64,000 nt of DNA from Escherichia coli (GTDB lineage Bacteria; Pseudomonadota; Gammaproteobacteria; Enterobacterales; Enterobacteriaceae): NCBI RefSeq assembly GCF_044324875.1, contig NZ_CP172185.1; one strand, written 5' to 3'. Each line of letters starts with the position of its first letter. The stretch's first letter is position 1. Both the position numbers and the translations under genes were made by a program. Of this stretch, positions 63,182-64,000 are shown in pieces. The notes below the pieces were generated by a model. That model saw only the letters and a list, made by a program, of their open reading frames with translations, did no database searches and was not told the origin of the DNA.

Positions 63182-64000
63182 ATGTCAAACAAACCCTTTA
63201 TCTACCAGGCACCTTTCCCGATGGGGAAAGACAATACCGAATACTATCTACTCACTTCCGATTACGTTAGCGTTGCCGACTTCGACGGCGAAACCATCCT
63301 GAAAGTGGAACCAGAAGCCCTGACTCTGCTGGCGCAGCAAGCCTTTCACGACGCTTCTTTCATGCTCCGTCCGGCACACCAAAAACAGGTCGCGGCTATT
63401 CTTCACGATCCAGAAGCCAGCGAAAACGACAAGTACGTGGCGCTGCAATTCTTAAGAAACTCCGAAATCGCCGCCAAAGGCGTGCTGCCGACCTGCCAGG
63501 ATACCGGCACCGCGATCATCGTCGGTAAAAAAGGTCAGCGCGTGTGGACCGGTGGCGGTGATGAAGAAGCACTGTCGAAAGGCGTCTATAACACCTATAT
63601 CGAAGATAACCTGCGCTATTCACAGAACGCGCCGCTGGACATGTATAAAGAGGTCAACACCGGCACGAACCTGCCTGCGCAAATCGACCTGTACGCGGTA
63701 GATGGCGATGAGTACAAATTCCTTTGCGTTGCGAAAGGCGGCGGCTCTGCCAACAAAACCTATCTCTACCAGGAAACCAAAGCCCTGCTGACTCCCGGCA
63801 AACTGAAAAACTTCCTCGTTGAGAAAATGCGTACCCTCGGTACTGCAGCCTGCCCGCCGTACCATATCGCGTTTGTGATTGGCGGTACGTCTGCGGAAAC
63901 CAACCTGAAAACCGTCAAGTTAGCAAGCGCTCACTATTACGATGAACTGCCGACGGAAGGGAACGAACATGGTCAGGCGTTCCGCGATGTCCAGCTGGAA
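63182..64000 (+). CDS. fumB: Class I fumarate hydratase, anaerobic (partial; continues beyond window end)
   Basis: [57 protein letters not shown]... matches FumB. Open to the window end, so it is absent from the ORF track. Confidence 0.9.
   Translation, partial: MSNKPFIYQAPFPMGKDNTEYYLLTSDYVSVADFDGETILKVEPEALTLLAQQAFHDASFMLRPAHQKQVAAILHDPEASENDKYVALQFLRNSEIAAKGVLPTCQDTGTAIIVGKKGQRVWTGGGDEEALSKGVYNTYIEDNLRYSQNAPLDMYKEVNTGTNLPAQIDLYAVDGDEYKFLCVAKGGGSANKTYLYQETKALLTPGKLKNFLVEKMRTLGTAACPPYHIAFVIGGTSAETNLKTVKLASAHYYDELPTEGNEHGQAFRDVQLE

Overview
The window is an enterobacterial chromosomal mosaic with four blocks. Block 1 (1-8100) is GC-rich (about 58-60%) and Klebsiella-like. It holds a partial LamB/ScrY-type porin, xylA (about 85% aa identity to E. 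coli XylA by eye), a GPH-family xyloside symporter and a GH43 beta-xylosidase, followed by two divergently transcribed HNH nucleases. Block 2 (8250-20350) is an IS-rich junk yard. It holds a DUF4942 fragment; a DUF4198 gene split by a complete IS2 with 5-bp TSD GGAAT; an orphan ChuA-like TonB-dependent heme receptor; an IS3-family remnant split by a complete IS66-family element with 8-bp TSD GGTAAACG; an E. coli-type ugpB with Pho boxes but no ugpAEC; and a multiply frameshifted IS110-family transposase. Block 3 (about 20700-47950) is a decayed pheU-type genomic island ending in a 22-bp tRNA-Phe 3' direct repeat with no intact tRNA or integrase. Its cargo is a phytase-like esterase, a ManNAc-type PTS with NanE, MliC, an Eib/YadA-like trimeric autotransporter with regulator, an IS66 end remnant, a split transketolase with ascorbate-family PTS and LacI, and a frameshifted FinO/ProQ gene. 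It then carries a CP4-57/CP4-44-like backbone: three YagK/YfjJ paralogs with alpA, a 1.5-kb ORF-free strand-skewed tract, a 407-aa low-GC orphan, a YeeP-like GTPase, DUF932, antirestriction, RadC, YeeT, an extra pseudogene, the CbeA/CbtA toxin-antitoxin pair, YeeW and DUF4942. Block 4 (48573-64000) is canonical E. coli cadCBA-dtpC-lysU-ghoTS-yjdJI-dcuSR-dcuB-fumB. The best candidates for something undescribed are the 407-aa low-GC orphan with its skewed ORF-free tract in the island variable region, and the divergent HNH nuclease pair next to xynB.
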